Below, piece after piece: positions 34,718 to 44,872 of a stretch of 64,000 bases of DNA. The translations under genes and the position numbers were made by a program. Where the stretch lies: contig OZ246414.1 in NCBI GenBank assembly GCA_965231125.1, positions 17,739 to 81,738 on the forward strand. Reading direction: 5' to 3'. The notes beneath the pieces were generated by a model that was given only the letters and a program-made list of their open reading frames with translations, did no database searches and was not told the DNA's origin. Positions within the stretch are counted from its first letter, which is position 1, and every line of letters begins with the position of its first letter. The DNA comes from an uncultured Gammaproteobacteria bacterium (GTDB lineage Bacteria; Patescibacteriota; Microgenomatia; Woykebacterales; RBG-16-39-9b).

Positions 34718-36097
34718 TTAGTCTATCTTAAACAGCTTTTTCGCTTTTTCAATCGCCGGAACAAGTTTATCAATCTCTTCTTTAGTATTATAAATATAAA
34801 AACTGGCTCTGGCAGCCGCCGGAATTCCTAAAACTTTCATTAACGGTTGGGCGCAGTGGTGCCCCGAGCGCACTGCAATCCCTTCGCCATCAAGAATGGA
34901 AGCCAAATCGTGCGGGTGAATTGCCACTTTCCCCTTTTTATCTACAACGTTGAGTGACACAACACCACCCCGCTTTTCCTGGTCTGTCGGTCCGTAAATC
35001 TTAAGATTTTTCACCCCCGAAAGTTTTTCTAAAGCGTAGACAGTCAGTTCTTTTTCATGCTCTCGAACGTTTTTCATACCAAGAGCCGATAAATAGAGGG
35101 CAGCTGCACCCAGCCCAACTGCTCCCGCGACATCCGGCGTACCAGCCTCAAATTTCCAAGGAACATAGTTCCAAGAACTTTTTTCAAAACTAACCTCCAT
35201 AATCATTTCTCCACCAGCAAGAAAAGGCTCCATTTCTTCAAGAAGTTCTCCTTTTGCGTAAAGAACACCAATACCCGTCGGCCCGAGCATTTTGTGGCCG
35301 GTAAAAACATAAAAATCAGGATTAATATTTTGAATAGACACTGGTATGTGGGGCACAGCTTGAGATCCATCAATTAGAATTTTGATGTCAGATCTAAGAT
35401 TTCGAATGTCAGAAATAATTTGCTTGACTGGATTAATCGTACCGAGAACATTTGAAACGTGGGTAAAAGCCACTAATTTTGTTTTTTTACTAATTAATTC
35501 TCTAATTCTCCAATTTTCTAATTTCCCATCCTCATCGATTGGAATAAACTTTAATTTCGCACCGACTTCGTTCGCAAGTATTTGCCAAGGGACGAGGTTG
35601 GAATGGTGCTCCATTTCGGTAAGCAATATCTCGTCTCCGGATTTTATGTTTTTCCGACCCCAACTGTAAGCGACCAAATTGATTGCTTCCGTGGCGTTAC
35701 GAACAAAAACAATTTGGCGAGAGTCTCCGGCGTTAACAAAATCGGCCACTTTTTTTCTTGCGCCTTCGTACGCTTCCGTTGCCTCTTCTGAAAGCTTGTG
35801 GACACTGCGGTGCACATTGGCATTGTGATTTTTGTAATAATCGGAAATTGCGTCTATAACTTGGGTGGGTTTTTGGGAAGTCGCCGCGTTGTCAAAATAA
35901 ACAAGTGGTTTGCCGTGGACCTCTCGCGAAAGAATCGGAAAATCCTTGCGTACTTTCTCCGCGTCTAATCCTGCCTCGCGAAGCCCCGAGCGAAGTCGAA
36001 GGGTTTTACGTTTCTGTCTAACTGTGGTAGCTGACATATAGAGATTGGATTTTACTCCCAGAAGGCTAGATTTACAAGAAGTTAGATCGCTCACCAA
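34718..36097 (-). CDS. sufS: cysteine desulfurase SufS (class V aminotransferase)
   Basis: PLP lysine context FTGHKMLGPTGIGVLY, and the catalytic-Cys motif RSGHHCAQP. Confidence 0.9.
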   Translation of the reverse strand: MVSDLTSCKSSLLGVKSNLYMSATTVRQKRKTLRLRSGLREAGLDAEKVRKDFPILSREVHGKPLVYFDNAATSQKPTQVIDAISDYYKNHNANVHRSVHKLSEEATEAYEGARKKVADFVNAGDSRQIVFVRNATEAINLVAYSWGRKNIKSGDEILLTEMEHHSNLVPWQILANEVGAKLKFIPIDEDGKLENWRIRELISKKTKLVAFTHVSNVLGTINPVKQIISDIRNLRSDIKILIDGSQAVPHIPVSIQNINPDFYVFTGHKMLGPTGIGVLYAKGELLEEMEPFLAGGEMIMEVSFEKSSWNYVPWKFEAGTPDVAGAVGLGAAALYLSALGMKNVREHEKELTVYALEKLSGVKNLKIYGPTDQEKRGGVVSLNVVDKKGKVAIHPHDLASILDGEGIAVRSGHHCAQPLMKVLGIPAAARASFYIYNTKEEIDKLVPAIEKAKKLFKID

Positions 36098-36173
36098 AAC
36101 TTTAGCTTGCTTCTATGTTGAAGGTTTCTTTCTTTTGTGTTAGAAAAGGACCGCTGGCCAAAGGAGGTGGGAT

Positions 36174-36407
36174 TTGAGTGTCGTTTGCGAAAAGCTGCCA
36201 GAAAATGTCGACGATCTTCTGGCGCAGTTGAAAAAAATCGAGGATGAGGTGGGTTCGCTCGGTCTTGAAAAGAAAGGTGATATTAGCGAAGAGCTGCGCA
36301 AGCGTACATTGGCTCTTGTCCTGGCTCTTCGTGAAACTGGAAAAATTGACTCAGACGATGTTACTACCACAGTAACCAATTGGCGAAAATCGTTACAGGG
36401 AGGATGA
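36174..36407 (+). CDS. hypothetical helical protein (TTG start); the overlapping minus-strand ORF is an alternative
   Basis: The plus-strand frame reads as a natural amphipathic sequence. GC-rich region. Confidence 0.3.
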   Translation: MSVVCEKLPENVDDLLAQLKKIEDEVGSLGLEKKGDISEELRKRTLALVLALRETGKIDSDDVTTTVTNWRKSLQGG

Positions 36408-36565
36408 AAGGTGACAGAGGAAGTCGACAAATATCAAAATGGCCAGCATTAAGCGGTCCTCGCAATAAAAAGCAGGACCGCTTTCCTTTTCTCCTAGAGT
36501 TAAGTTGTATGAAAAAGAAAACCGGCAGATTTGTCATGAAGACAAAACTACCGGCTTGTTATAGA

Positions 36566-36847
36566 TTACCATCGACCCAATGCGCGTTCCCTGATCATGT
36601 CATTGTATTCGTCGTGGAAGCCTTCGACGAAGACTTTGATGGGTCCTTCGGTATCAGCTTGCTGTCGCCACTCCCCAATACCAACTCGTCCGTAGAAGAG
36701 ACCACACTTGACACACGACAGCTCGCCTCGATTACGGATGACCTCGAAGGTACCTAAGTTGATGAACTCCCGGCTTCCACATTCGCAGGTAAGACCTGGT
36801 TGAACTACTTCAAACTTTCTCCTATTGCGCACAAAAGCTTTTGCCAT
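36566..36847 (-). CDS. hypothetical zinc-ribbon protein (CxC...CxxC), GC-rich
   Basis: Strong RBS GGAAGAAGGGAG, and the Cys pairs CECG...CVKCG. Confidence 0.45.
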   Translation of the reverse strand: MAKAFVRNRRKFEVVQPGLTCECGSREFINLGTFEVIRNRGELSCVKCGLFYGRVGIGEWRQQADTEGPIKVFVEGFHDEYNDMIRERALGRW

Positions 36848-36860
36848 GACTCCCTTCTTC

Positions 36861-37214
36861 CTAGCCTGTCAAAATTGGGCCGGTGATTATTTCACCACGG
36901 ACCGAGCTTTCCAGTAACCAAAGAGCTTGGTGGGCCTTCAATGCCCCTCTGAAAAAACCGTTGCTTTTTGCAACGTCCCACATCATGCGGCTAAACTCGA
37001 CGGCCCAGTTGGGAAGAGCTCTAGCCTTCCAAGACTGTCCGTACGGATACCATAGACTTGAGTTTACCGTTGCGGCGATAAATCCCTTCTCCTGAAGATA
37101 GGTCTCCAGCACCCAGCTTCCACTCCAACAGAAACCTACTTCCTCTTCTGGGTCTTTGGATTCGAGCCATTTACGAAACCCTGGCAGTCCCAAACCCCAA
37201 GGTCGATTCGGCAT
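36861..37214 (-). CDS. hypothetical protein (117 aa), GC-rich
   Basis: Strong RBS GAGAGGAGGG. Confidence 0.45.
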   Translation of the reverse strand: MPNRPWGLGLPGFRKWLESKDPEEEVGFCWSGSWVLETYLQEKGFIAATVNSSLWYPYGQSWKARALPNWAVEFSRMMWDVAKSNGFFRGALKAHQALWLLESSVRGEIITGPILTG

Positions 37215-37282
37215 ATTATCCCTCCTCTCAGCCTAACGGCTTTTTGAGGGGATTATAACATAAATTCTGAATTTATTTAAGA

Positions 37283-37594
37283 CTATGAGATGTCAACGAG
37301 TATGTCGTCACCTTCGACTTTTACTGGATAAGTCTTGAGAGGCTCAAAGGCAGGCGGGCCGGTATTTTCTCCGCTTTTAATGTTAAACCTACTTCCGTGA
37401 CAAGTGCACTCTACCTCTTCCCCATCTACGTAATTATTCTCCGAAATTACACATTGTTCGTGAGTGCAGATGTTACCCGTGGCAAAGACTTCGTCACCCA
37501 GCCGGTAAAGCGCAATTTCTTCGCTGGCAATTTTTACTCCCTTAACTTCGCCATCTTTAATTTCCGAATTTTTTGCTGCTTTTTGGAATGTCAT
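37283..37594 (-). CDS. Rieske [2Fe-2S] domain protein
   Basis: CTHEQC...CTCHGS (the CxH...CxxH motif). Confidence 0.8.
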   Translation of the reverse strand: MTFQKAAKNSEIKDGEVKGVKIASEEIALYRLGDEVFATGNICTHEQCVISENNYVDGEEVECTCHGSRFNIKSGENTGPPAFEPLKTYPVKVEGDDILVDIS

Positions 37595-37604
37595 AAATTA
37601 AATT

Positions 37605-39245
37605 TTAGTAGTGGCTCCTTATGTGGGAGAGCGAATACTGTAGATCCGCGTCTACTTTTTTGTGTGGGTTAAAAATATTTTCACTATCAAAAATATCTTT
37701 TATTTCCTTGAATATAGAAAACATTTTTTCGCCGTACATTTTCTTCACGTACGGACCACGGCTTAAACCTTCATTATGTTCGCCAGAAGTGGAACCTTTA
37801 AATTCAAAAACTAGATCGTAAATATCTTCGGCACAAGGGTCAATTTTGGCTCTATCCGCCGGGTTCGCTAAATCCATAAAAGGGATGATGTGGAAATTGC
37901 CATCGCCCATGTGCCCGGTTATCGTATATTTTAAGTCGTACTTCTCCAAAATTTTCAAAAGTCTGGGAAAGTAATCTTTAATATATTCCGGGGAGATAAC
38001 AAAATCGTCAATAAATGGTGCCGTGTGTTTGTCTTTAACCGTTTTCCGCAGAATATTAAAGCTTTCGCGGCGGATTAACCAATATCTATCCGACTGCTTC
38101 TTAGTTTCCGCCAAAACGGATTTTAGTTTGTAAGGGTCGATCTCCTTTTTGAGATTTTCCACACGAGTATTAACTTCTTCTTGAGTATCGGCCTCATATT
38201 CCACCAAAAGAGTGAATTTTGGAATGCCGTGAAAAGCAAAATTTACAAGTTGGGGCAAGAATTGCAGTCCCATCCCGATAGTTTCAGCAAACCCAAGCAT
38301 TTTGGCAAATTGAGGAATGAAACGAAGGGCAAGACCTAAAGTATGGTCGTCAAAAGCCTCAAAACTATCTGGCTTTGTGGCGACTACTGTCGTTATCAGA
38401 TGTGGCAGCTTGTCGATTTCTTCCAAGTAAATTACTAAAAGACCGGAATATTTTTTGGCTTCCACAAGGCGTAAGTTTATTTCCGTCGTCAGCCCCAAAG
38501 TTCCTTGGGAACCGACGAAAAGCTTGGTTAAATCAAAATTTTGTTTGTCCCAAACATCCCAAATGTTATAACCAGTGGAGTCTTTAGTCACTTTTGGCTT
38601 GGCGTTTTTAACTAAATCATAATTTTCTTCAACAATCTTAAAGACGCGACGATAAACCTCTCCTTCGAAATTTTCTTGCTTTATTTTTTTCTCTAGCTCC
38701 CCTTTATCTATTTTTTTAAATTCATATTCATTTCCATCCGCTAAAACAACTTTAAGGTCATTTACGTAATCAATTGTTTTGCCGTAAGTAAGGCTTTTTT
38801 CGCCACCGGAGTTATTATTTACCATTCCGCCAAGAGCGCAGATATTTTTTGAGGCCGGGTACGAAGGTAGAAGTAAATTTTGCGCAAGAGTCTTCTTTTC
38901 AAAATCACGGTAGTAGACCCCGGGCTCTACGGTAGTGTTTTGTAAATTTATCTCACCGATGCGGTTAAAGTATTTATTGAACTCGACGATAATGGAATCG
39001 TTAATAGCTCCTCCTGTCATATCGGTCCCGGCACTACGAGCGGTTAAGGAAAGGGTCGGAGAATCTTTTTTGTGGGTAGAGACAAAAGTAACCAGTTTTT
39101 TGACGTCTTCCGTGTCTTTCGGAAAAACAATGACCTGCGGTTTTACTTCAAAAAGGCTAGTGTCGTGGCTATAAAAATCTAAATCTGCCGGATCGACAAG
39201 CACTTCACCTTTGATTGTCCCTCTGAGGTCTTCAGCCAGTTCCAT
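37605..39245 (-). CDS. FAD-binding (PCMH-type) oxidoreductase, GlcD/D-lactate dehydrogenase-like
   Basis: N-terminal FAD-binding-4 signature ARSAGTDMTGG, 546 aa. Confidence 0.7.
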   Translation of the reverse strand: MELAEDLRGTIKGEVLVDPADLDFYSHDTSLFEVKPQVIVFPKDTEDVKKLVTFVSTHKKDSPTLSLTARSAGTDMTGGAINDSIIVEFNKYFNRIGEINLQNTTVEPGVYYRDFEKKTLAQNLLLPSYPASKNICALGGMVNNNSGGEKSLTYGKTIDYVNDLKVVLADGNEYEFKKIDKGELEKKIKQENFEGEVYRRVFKIVEENYDLVKNAKPKVTKDSTGYNIWDVWDKQNFDLTKLFVGSQGTLGLTTEINLRLVEAKKYSGLLVIYLEEIDKLPHLITTVVATKPDSFEAFDDHTLGLALRFIPQFAKMLGFAETIGMGLQFLPQLVNFAFHGIPKFTLLVEYEADTQEEVNTRVENLKKEIDPYKLKSVLAETKKQSDRYWLIRRESFNILRKTVKDKHTAPFIDDFVISPEYIKDYFPRLLKILEKYDLKYTITGHMGDGNFHIIPFMDLANPADRAKIDPCAEDIYDLVFEFKGSTSGEHNEGLSRGPYVKKMYGEKMFSIFKEIKDIFDSENIFNPHKKVDADLQYSLSHIRSHY

Positions 39246-39324
39246 AAATAATTAGGTTTGTTAGAAAATGGGAAACCGTAAATATTGTAACCTTTTAGCT
39301 ACAACCAATCAAGCTGGGATTAGT

Positions 39325-39912
39325 TTAATTAAGTGTAAAACTAGCTACTTCTTTTTTGAGGGCAGTTTCTAAACGCTGCTTTTCTTTCGCTGGAAGTTTT
39401 TCCAAAATCCCAGAGAAATATCCTTGAACAATCAGCCTTGTTGCCTCTCTTTGAGTAACTCCCCGACTCGTTAAATAAAAGAGCGCTTCTTCGTCCACTG
39501 GGCCCACTGTAGAGGCATGACCAGCCTTCACTTCGTTTTCATCAATTTCAAGGGATGGAATCGCTTCGGCTTTCGCTGTGTCAGAAAGTAAAAGAGCGTC
39601 TTCGCGAAAAAAAGTATTGGTATTTTTGGCGCCTTTTTTTATGGAGACCAAACCGTAAAACTGGCCGACGGCTGTATCTTTAAGGACCGATTTAATCACT
39701 GTGTCGCTGGTCGTATCGGCAGCAACGTGACGGATATTCACGTTAACCTTTACCTCGTCTTTATTCCCTAAAAGGAAGGCCCCGACAACTGAAAGCTTCG
39801 CTCCTCTGCCAATAAGTTTTGCATTAACACTAATTTCTTCTGAACCGGAAGTCCACACAATCGGCAAAACTTTTTCTTGGTTTTCGGTTAGAGTTAACGA
39901 AATATTTTTCAT
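39325..39912 (-). CDS. sufD: SufD-like Fe-S assembly protein (short form)
   Basis: C-terminal SufBD-family beta-helix signature (ASTVGPVDEEALFYLTSRG). It lies in the suf cluster. Confidence 0.6.
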   Translation of the reverse strand: MKNISLTLTENQEKVLPIVWTSGSEEISVNAKLIGRGAKLSVVGAFLLGNKDEVKVNVNIRHVAADTTSDTVIKSVLKDTAVGQFYGLVSIKKGAKNTNTFFREDALLLSDTAKAEAIPSLEIDENEVKAGHASTVGPVDEEALFYLTSRGVTQREATRLIVQGYFSGILEKLPAKEKQRLETALKKEVASFTLN

Positions 39913-39960
39913 GAGGAAAGATTATATCGCTTTAGCGATACAGAATAAAGCGATGTAATC
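39913..39960. promoter_or_regulatory. palindromic motif ATTATATCGCTTTAGCGATACA + AAAGCGATGTAATCGC immediately upstream of sufD
   Basis: It shares ATTATATCGCTTTnGCGATACA...AAAGC.ATGyAATC with 26458..26500. Confidence 0.4.
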
Positions 39961-40198
39961 GCTGACGCTTATAACAAAAAGGAAAGCCGCTGGTAAATCT
40001 TTACCAACGGCTCATGTTACGCGCCAAGTTCCAACCTGGTCCTCAAGAAACCGGCTGCCCAAGAGGTAAACCCCACTAGCACTCCGACTATAAGGGCCAG
40101 TTGTATTGGAGCAAACTGACGCGCGAAGATTGTGGCGGGAATTGTGCAAAGCGAAGCAGTGTGCCAAACAACTTCCGCCAATCCTAATACTAGCTCTC

Positions 40199-40390
40199 TC
40201 ACCGCCGACTTCCCAAAACCCTGAAAACGAGCCAGACTACAGCCCCTGCAACTATGACGATTACGGCCCATTTGATGATCCAAATGACCACGTGTGCAAG
40301 AGCGAGGATCAGAACTACTGCAAAAACCCCAGCTACAGCGAGGCCAAGCAGAGCCAGCAAAGATCCTCCGGAATCACTCTCCCTGTTCAT
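40199..40390 (-). CDS. small two-TM membrane protein (63 aa) embedded in the suf operon
   Basis: Strong RBS AAAGGAGGAAG and a hydrophobic sequence. The region is GC-rich with overlapping ORFs in other frames. Confidence 0.45.
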   Translation of the reverse strand: MNRESDSGGSLLALLGLAVAGVFAVVLILALAHVVIWIIKWAVIVIVAGAVVWLVFRVLGSRR

Positions 40391-40624
40391 CTACTTCCTC
40401 CTTTTTAGTCTTGATTGTTGCTTAGTACCGTCGACTGGGTTTTCCCTTGCTCATCAACCGTCGCCGCTTGTTACCCACACAATCCCTGCTAAGGTCAGCC
40501 CTACAACCACGGACGTTTTGACGTCCCTTATTTTACCATAGAGCACAAGAAATTTGACTAAATTGAAAAATTGGTGAAAAAAAGGGCTTCTGTACTTTCA
40601 TTTCCAGAAGCCTTATTGCTAAAT

Positions 40625-40798
40625 TCAGTCTCTCAGCTCTCTCGGCCGGATTAGGTACGGAGACATCAAAGCCAGAGTATAAACACCAGCGAATATCAGT
40701 GTCGGAAGGTCCCCTAACCAATAATGCACAGCGAGTAACCCGTACAGACCAACTGCGAAAATGGACATGAGAAAAAGATACCCTCTCCAAAACCCCAT
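40625..40798 (-). CDS. small two-TM membrane protein (58 aa; internal ATG start with AAAGGAG RBS)
   Basis: MGFWRGYLFLMSIFAVGLYGLLAVHYW... Confidence 0.45.
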   Translation of the reverse strand: MGFWRGYLFLMSIFAVGLYGLLAVHYWLGDLPTLIFAGVYTLALMSPYLIRPRELRD

Positions 40799-40838
40799 CG
40801 AAATTTCTCCTTTCACGGTATCTCCCACATTATTATAC

Positions 40839-42248
40839 TTAGCCGACTGAACCGATCATCTCCAATTGTATCAGACGATTCAACTCCAGAGCGTACTCCA
40901 GGGGAAGTTCTTTGACAATTGGCTCGATAAAGCCGTTGACGATCATGCTGGTTGCATCATTTTCGGAAAGCCCGCGAGACATGAGATAAAAAAGTTGGTC
41001 TTCGCCAATTTTGGAAACAGAAGCCTCGTGGCCCACTTGTACATTTTCTTCATCAATCTGCATGGTCGGGTAAGTATCAGATCGACTTTTTTCGTCGAGA
41101 ATCAAGGCATCGCAGCGGACATTACTTTTTGCTCCTTTGGCTCCTTTAATAACTTTTAAGAGGCCTCGGTAGGAAGACCGCCCCCCATCTTTGGAAATAG
41201 ACTTAGAAATTATTTGCGAACTTGTGTTGGGGGCCAAGTGATAGGCTTTTCCACCAACGTCTTGGTGCTGTCCGGCCCCAGCAAAGGCAACCGAAAGTAT
41301 TTCTCCTCTAGCCCCTTTGCCTTTTAAATAGACAGATGGGTATTTCATCGAAATTTGGGATCCAAGATTGCCATCTATCCATTCCATGAAACCTTCTTCT
41401 TCAACAAAAGCTCTCTTTGTCACCAAGTTGTAAACATTTTTTGACCAGTTTTGAATAGTGGTGTAGCGGCAGCGGGCGCCTTTCTTAACAAAGATTTCGA
41501 CAACCGCAGCGTGCAAAGAATCCTTCGTGTAGACAGGTGCAGTGCAACCTTCGACATAGTGCACTTGGGCTCCTTCATCAACGATAATTAATGTGCGTTC
41601 GAATTGCCCCATTTGGGCGGCGTTAATACGGAAATAGGCTTGAAGTGGGACTTCAACTTTAACACCGGGCGGAACGTAGATGAAGGATCCACCAGACCAA
41701 ACCGCACTATTGAGCGCGGCGAGTTTGTTGTCGGCTGGGGGGATGGCCCGACTAAAGTACTCTTTAAAGATTTCCGGGTGTTTTTTCAGAGCAGAATCAG
41801 TATCTAAAAAAATTACTCCTTTTTTGGCAAGTTCCTCTCGCAGTGAATGATAAATCACTTCGCTGTCGTACTGCGCACCAACCCCACCCAGATATTTTTT
41901 TTCTGCTTCGGGGATGCCGATCGCGTCGTAAGTCTCTCGGATTTCGGCCGGTAAATCCTCCCAAGTGTCAGATTTACCCGCCGTCGGCTTTAGATAGTAA
42001 TAAATTTCATCGTAATTGATTCGGGAAAGATCGGCTCCCCACGTCGGTTGCTTTTTGGCTTTAAAGATTTCGTAGGCCCGCAGTCGAAAAGCTCTCATCC
42101 ATTCCGGTTCCTCTTTTTGAAAAGAAATCTCTTTGACAATTTCTTCGTCTAAGCCTTTGCGAGTTTTGAAAACGTAATGCTCCGGCTTTGAAAAACCATA
42201 TTTTTCTCTATAACCGATATTGACTTCCAGTGTTTCTACCTTAGACAT
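40839..42248 (-). CDS. sufB: Fe-S cluster assembly protein SufB
   Basis: 469 aa with SufB-family conservation throughout. Confidence 0.9.
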   Translation of the reverse strand: MSKVETLEVNIGYREKYGFSKPEHYVFKTRKGLDEEIVKEISFQKEEPEWMRAFRLRAYEIFKAKKQPTWGADLSRINYDEIYYYLKPTAGKSDTWEDLPAEIRETYDAIGIPEAEKKYLGGVGAQYDSEVIYHSLREELAKKGVIFLDTDSALKKHPEIFKEYFSRAIPPADNKLAALNSAVWSGGSFIYVPPGVKVEVPLQAYFRINAAQMGQFERTLIIVDEGAQVHYVEGCTAPVYTKDSLHAAVVEIFVKKGARCRYTTIQNWSKNVYNLVTKRAFVEEEGFMEWIDGNLGSQISMKYPSVYLKGKGARGEILSVAFAGAGQHQDVGGKAYHLAPNTSSQIISKSISKDGGRSSYRGLLKVIKGAKGAKSNVRCDALILDEKSRSDTYPTMQIDEENVQVGHEASVSKIGEDQLFYLMSRGLSENDATSMIVNGFIEPIVKELPLEYALELNRLIQLEMIGSVG

Positions 42249-42281
42249 AGTTTTAGTTTACCCCACATTTTGAATTTAATT

Positions 42282-43001
42282 CTAAATTATTGAATATCCT
42301 TTTTCTTCTATCTTCTCGGCCAACTTATGATCGCCGCTTTTGACAATCTTACCGTCCACTAATATATGCACGAAGTTGGGTTTAATATAACTAAGAATTC
42401 TTTGGTAGTGAGTTATCAGAAGGATTCCCATTTTTGGGCCAGCCGCCTTTTTAATCCCACCGGCAACCAACTTTAGAGCATCTACATCCAAACCGGAATC
42501 CGTTTCGTCCAGCACAGCGTATTTAGGTTCCAAGATTGATAGTTGGAGCACTTCCATTTTCTTTTTTTCTCCCCCGGAAAAACCATCATTAATGCCGCGT
42601 GAGGCAAAGGATTCGTCAATTTTCAAATCTACCATTTTTACTTTTAAATTTTTGATAAACGCGGCAGTATCAACTTTCTCGTTTAAATTTTTAAGAGACG
42701 TGCGAAGAAGGTTGGCCGCGGAAACTCCAGGAACCGCCACTGGGTACTGCATTGCCAAAAAAAGTCCGGCTTTGGCCCGCTTATCCGGCGTTAAACTAGT
42801 GATGTCTGTGCCATCTAGTTTGATGCGGCCCGAAGTAATTTTGTAACGCGGGTGGCCGGCTAGTGCCAGCGATAAAGAAGATTTCCCGGAACCGTTCGGG
42901 CCCATTATAGCGTGAATTTCCCCAGGTTTAATCGAGATGGACACTCCGTTAAGAATTTTCTTTTTGTCAGCCTCAACGAACAGACCCTGGATTTTCAGCA
43001 T
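42282..43001 (-). CDS. sufC: Fe-S cluster assembly ATPase SufC
   Basis: ABC ATPase with Walker A GPNGSGKS and the LSGGEKK signature. Confidence 0.9.
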   Translation of the reverse strand: MLKIQGLFVEADKKKILNGVSISIKPGEIHAIMGPNGSGKSSLSLALAGHPRYKITSGRIKLDGTDITSLTPDKRAKAGLFLAMQYPVAVPGVSAANLLRTSLKNLNEKVDTAAFIKNLKVKMVDLKIDESFASRGINDGFSGGEKKKMEVLQLSILEPKYAVLDETDSGLDVDALKLVAGGIKKAAGPKMGILLITHYQRILSYIKPNFVHILVDGKIVKSGDHKLAEKIEEKGYSII

Positions 43002-43080
43002 AGTAGAACACTTGTAACACAGGGCGGGAGTTTAATTCAAGTACGCGCGTGCAGTTTACTTTTACCTTAAATTTGCTTAG

Positions 43081-43944
43081 TCAAACTTGGCCCTTCTTTT
43101 CGTAAACCACAATATTTTCTTCCGCAAAAGCCTCCTTCAATCTTTTGCGCAGCTCTCCCATCACTTCCCACTGTTTTATTGGACGAGTTGTGCCGACGAT
43201 TTTGAAAACCACGCCTTCCTTATCCAATTCTTCTACCCGCAAAACGTGGATTGGTTCTTTAATCGAGCCCGTAAATTTTTCATCTTCTGAAAGTTCTCTA
43301 CCAATTTTATCAATAGCCTTTATCGTAGCCGCAATATCTTTAACAGCCTCGACAAGTAAATTTAAATTTACCCGGGAAAATTTCTGAGTTAAGTTGCTGG
43401 CAAATTTAATTTCGCCGTTGGGGATGTGATGAACTATTCCGTCTAAATCGCGCAGTACTGTACTTCGCAAATTCACTTCTTCAACTAGACCTTCAATACC
43501 AGCCACTCTAATAACATCACCTTGCGTATATTGATTTTCCAAAAGGATAAAAAGCCCACTAATCATATCCCGTACTAAATTTTGCGCCCCAAAGGCAACC
43601 GCGAAGCCGAGAATTCCCGCACCCGTAAGAAGTGGGAGGACGTTTACCCCTAGCTGATCTAGAATCGTTAAGGCCGCGGCGATCCAAATGACAAATCCAA
43701 CTGTTGCAGAAAAAACCGCTGCAATTGTTTCTATTCTTTGCTCAAACTCTTCTTTCGCTTCCTCCTTCTCTCGACTCGTTAGTATTTTCAAAATTTTCGC
43801 AGAAACACCTCTTATTATCTGCTGAAGAATTAAAACCAATATTAAAATTAAAGCGACGCGTAAAATGGTTGGGGTATTTTCTCCTAAAATTTGGGGATTT
43901 AAATAATCAAAATAAGTCATAGAAGCCGCCTCAAAGCGTAACAA
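43081..43944 (-). CDS. small-conductance mechanosensitive channel (MscS family)
   Basis: TM3-like Gly/Ala-rich helix (LLTGAGILGFAVAFGAQNLV), followed by a beta domain. Confidence 0.8.
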   Translation of the reverse strand: MLRFEAASMTYFDYLNPQILGENTPTILRVALILILVLILQQIIRGVSAKILKILTSREKEEAKEEFEQRIETIAAVFSATVGFVIWIAAALTILDQLGVNVLPLLTGAGILGFAVAFGAQNLVRDMISGLFILLENQYTQGDVIRVAGIEGLVEEVNLRSTVLRDLDGIVHHIPNGEIKFASNLTQKFSRVNLNLLVEAVKDIAATIKAIDKIGRELSEDEKFTGSIKEPIHVLRVEELDKEGVVFKIVGTTRPIKQWEVMGELRKRLKEAFAEENIVVYEKKGQV

Positions 43945-44015
43945 AAGGGGCTTTTAGTGTCAATGAGAAATTGAGGAAGGAGCGGGTGTCAAAACGCGCT
44001 CCTTCCAAGTTGGAC

Positions 44016-44729
44016 CTAACTGCTAGTGGTCAGGCTCTGGCAGGGGTTTTCCGTCGGGGCGTCGGGCTTGGTCTTGTTTTTGTCCAGCTCGTCGCCTTGA
44101 AAAAGCTGCCCGTAGGTGTCGCTAAAGGAAGTGGCACCAATTTGGCCGTTCACCTTAGCGTCTCGATAGGAACCAGAAACGTTGGTAAGGGTCAGGTTCC
44201 CATAGTCCCAGTTCCAGAAACACCCACCGCCGGGATTGACCGCACCGCTTCCGGTCCAGTCGACGCTGACCGAGATTGGCGCCTGGAACTCAGCGACAAT
44301 TTCGTCGTAGTCGCCGTTCCCATTCGCGTCGGTGAAGTCGTGGACAATAATGTCGGCGGAAACCATGGTGCTCACGTGAGCACCATCGGTACCGTCGAAG
44401 GTCAGCCCTTGCGGCGCCCCATCCGCATAGAACTCCCAGATAGTCCGGCACTCAAATTCTGCGCCGCACCATGTCAGAGCCCCGTACAGACTGACATCGC
44501 TAAACGACGACGTCTCATCACCGACGTTTGAATCAGTCGAGCTCGTCATCGCGTCGACCGACATGTCTGTCCACAGACTGTCGCTGTGGGACAACGTTAG
44601 GTCGACGTGAGCCCCACTCATCTCTGCTGTGCTCACGAGGGCATTGCTGTCCGTCGCAAGCACTTGGGTAGCGGCGAAGACAAGTGCCGATATCGCCACA
44701 ACCAAACCGACCAATCCTTTTCTTACCAA
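44016..44729 (-). CDS. secreted protein, paralogue family A (TTG start)
   Basis: Signal peptide. Motifs WCGAEFECRTIWEF and DFTDANGNGDYDE parallel those of 5625..6281. RBS GGAGGTG. Confidence 0.6.
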   Translation of the reverse strand: MVRKGLVGLVVAISALVFAATQVLATDSNALVSTAEMSGAHVDLTLSHSDSLWTDMSVDAMTSSTDSNVGDETSSFSDVSLYGALTWCGAEFECRTIWEFYADGAPQGLTFDGTDGAHVSTMVSADIIVHDFTDANGNGDYDEIVAEFQAPISVSVDWTGSGAVNPGGGCFWNWDYGNLTLTNVSGSYRDAKVNGQIGATSFSDTYGQLFQGDELDKNKTKPDAPTENPCQSLTTSS

Positions 44730-44872
44730 GTTGCACCTCCTATGCGCTAGCTGTTATCGGATTTTCCGATAAACTAGCTCTATATAATAGCAGATTTGTG
44801 GGAAAAAGTCAAACTATAGGGCTTTCTTTACCAAGAAAGCCCTGCGAACTTCGTTCTAAAGACGCTCTTAGA

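Noticed and set aside
40106-40541. Plus-strand ORFs 40106..40408 and 40254..40541 in the sufB-sufD spacer
   Set aside because: They have no RBS and overlap the SD-initiated minus-strand small membrane protein. Coding status for the whole 40017-40600 GC-rich stretch remains uncertain, and it could partly be non-coding.
43971-44531. Plus-strand 186-aa ORF
   Set aside because: It is antisense to the 44016..44729 secreted paralogue, which has a signal peptide, an RBS and family motifs. The plus-strand frame is Gly/Val-rich junk typical of GC-rich antisense.
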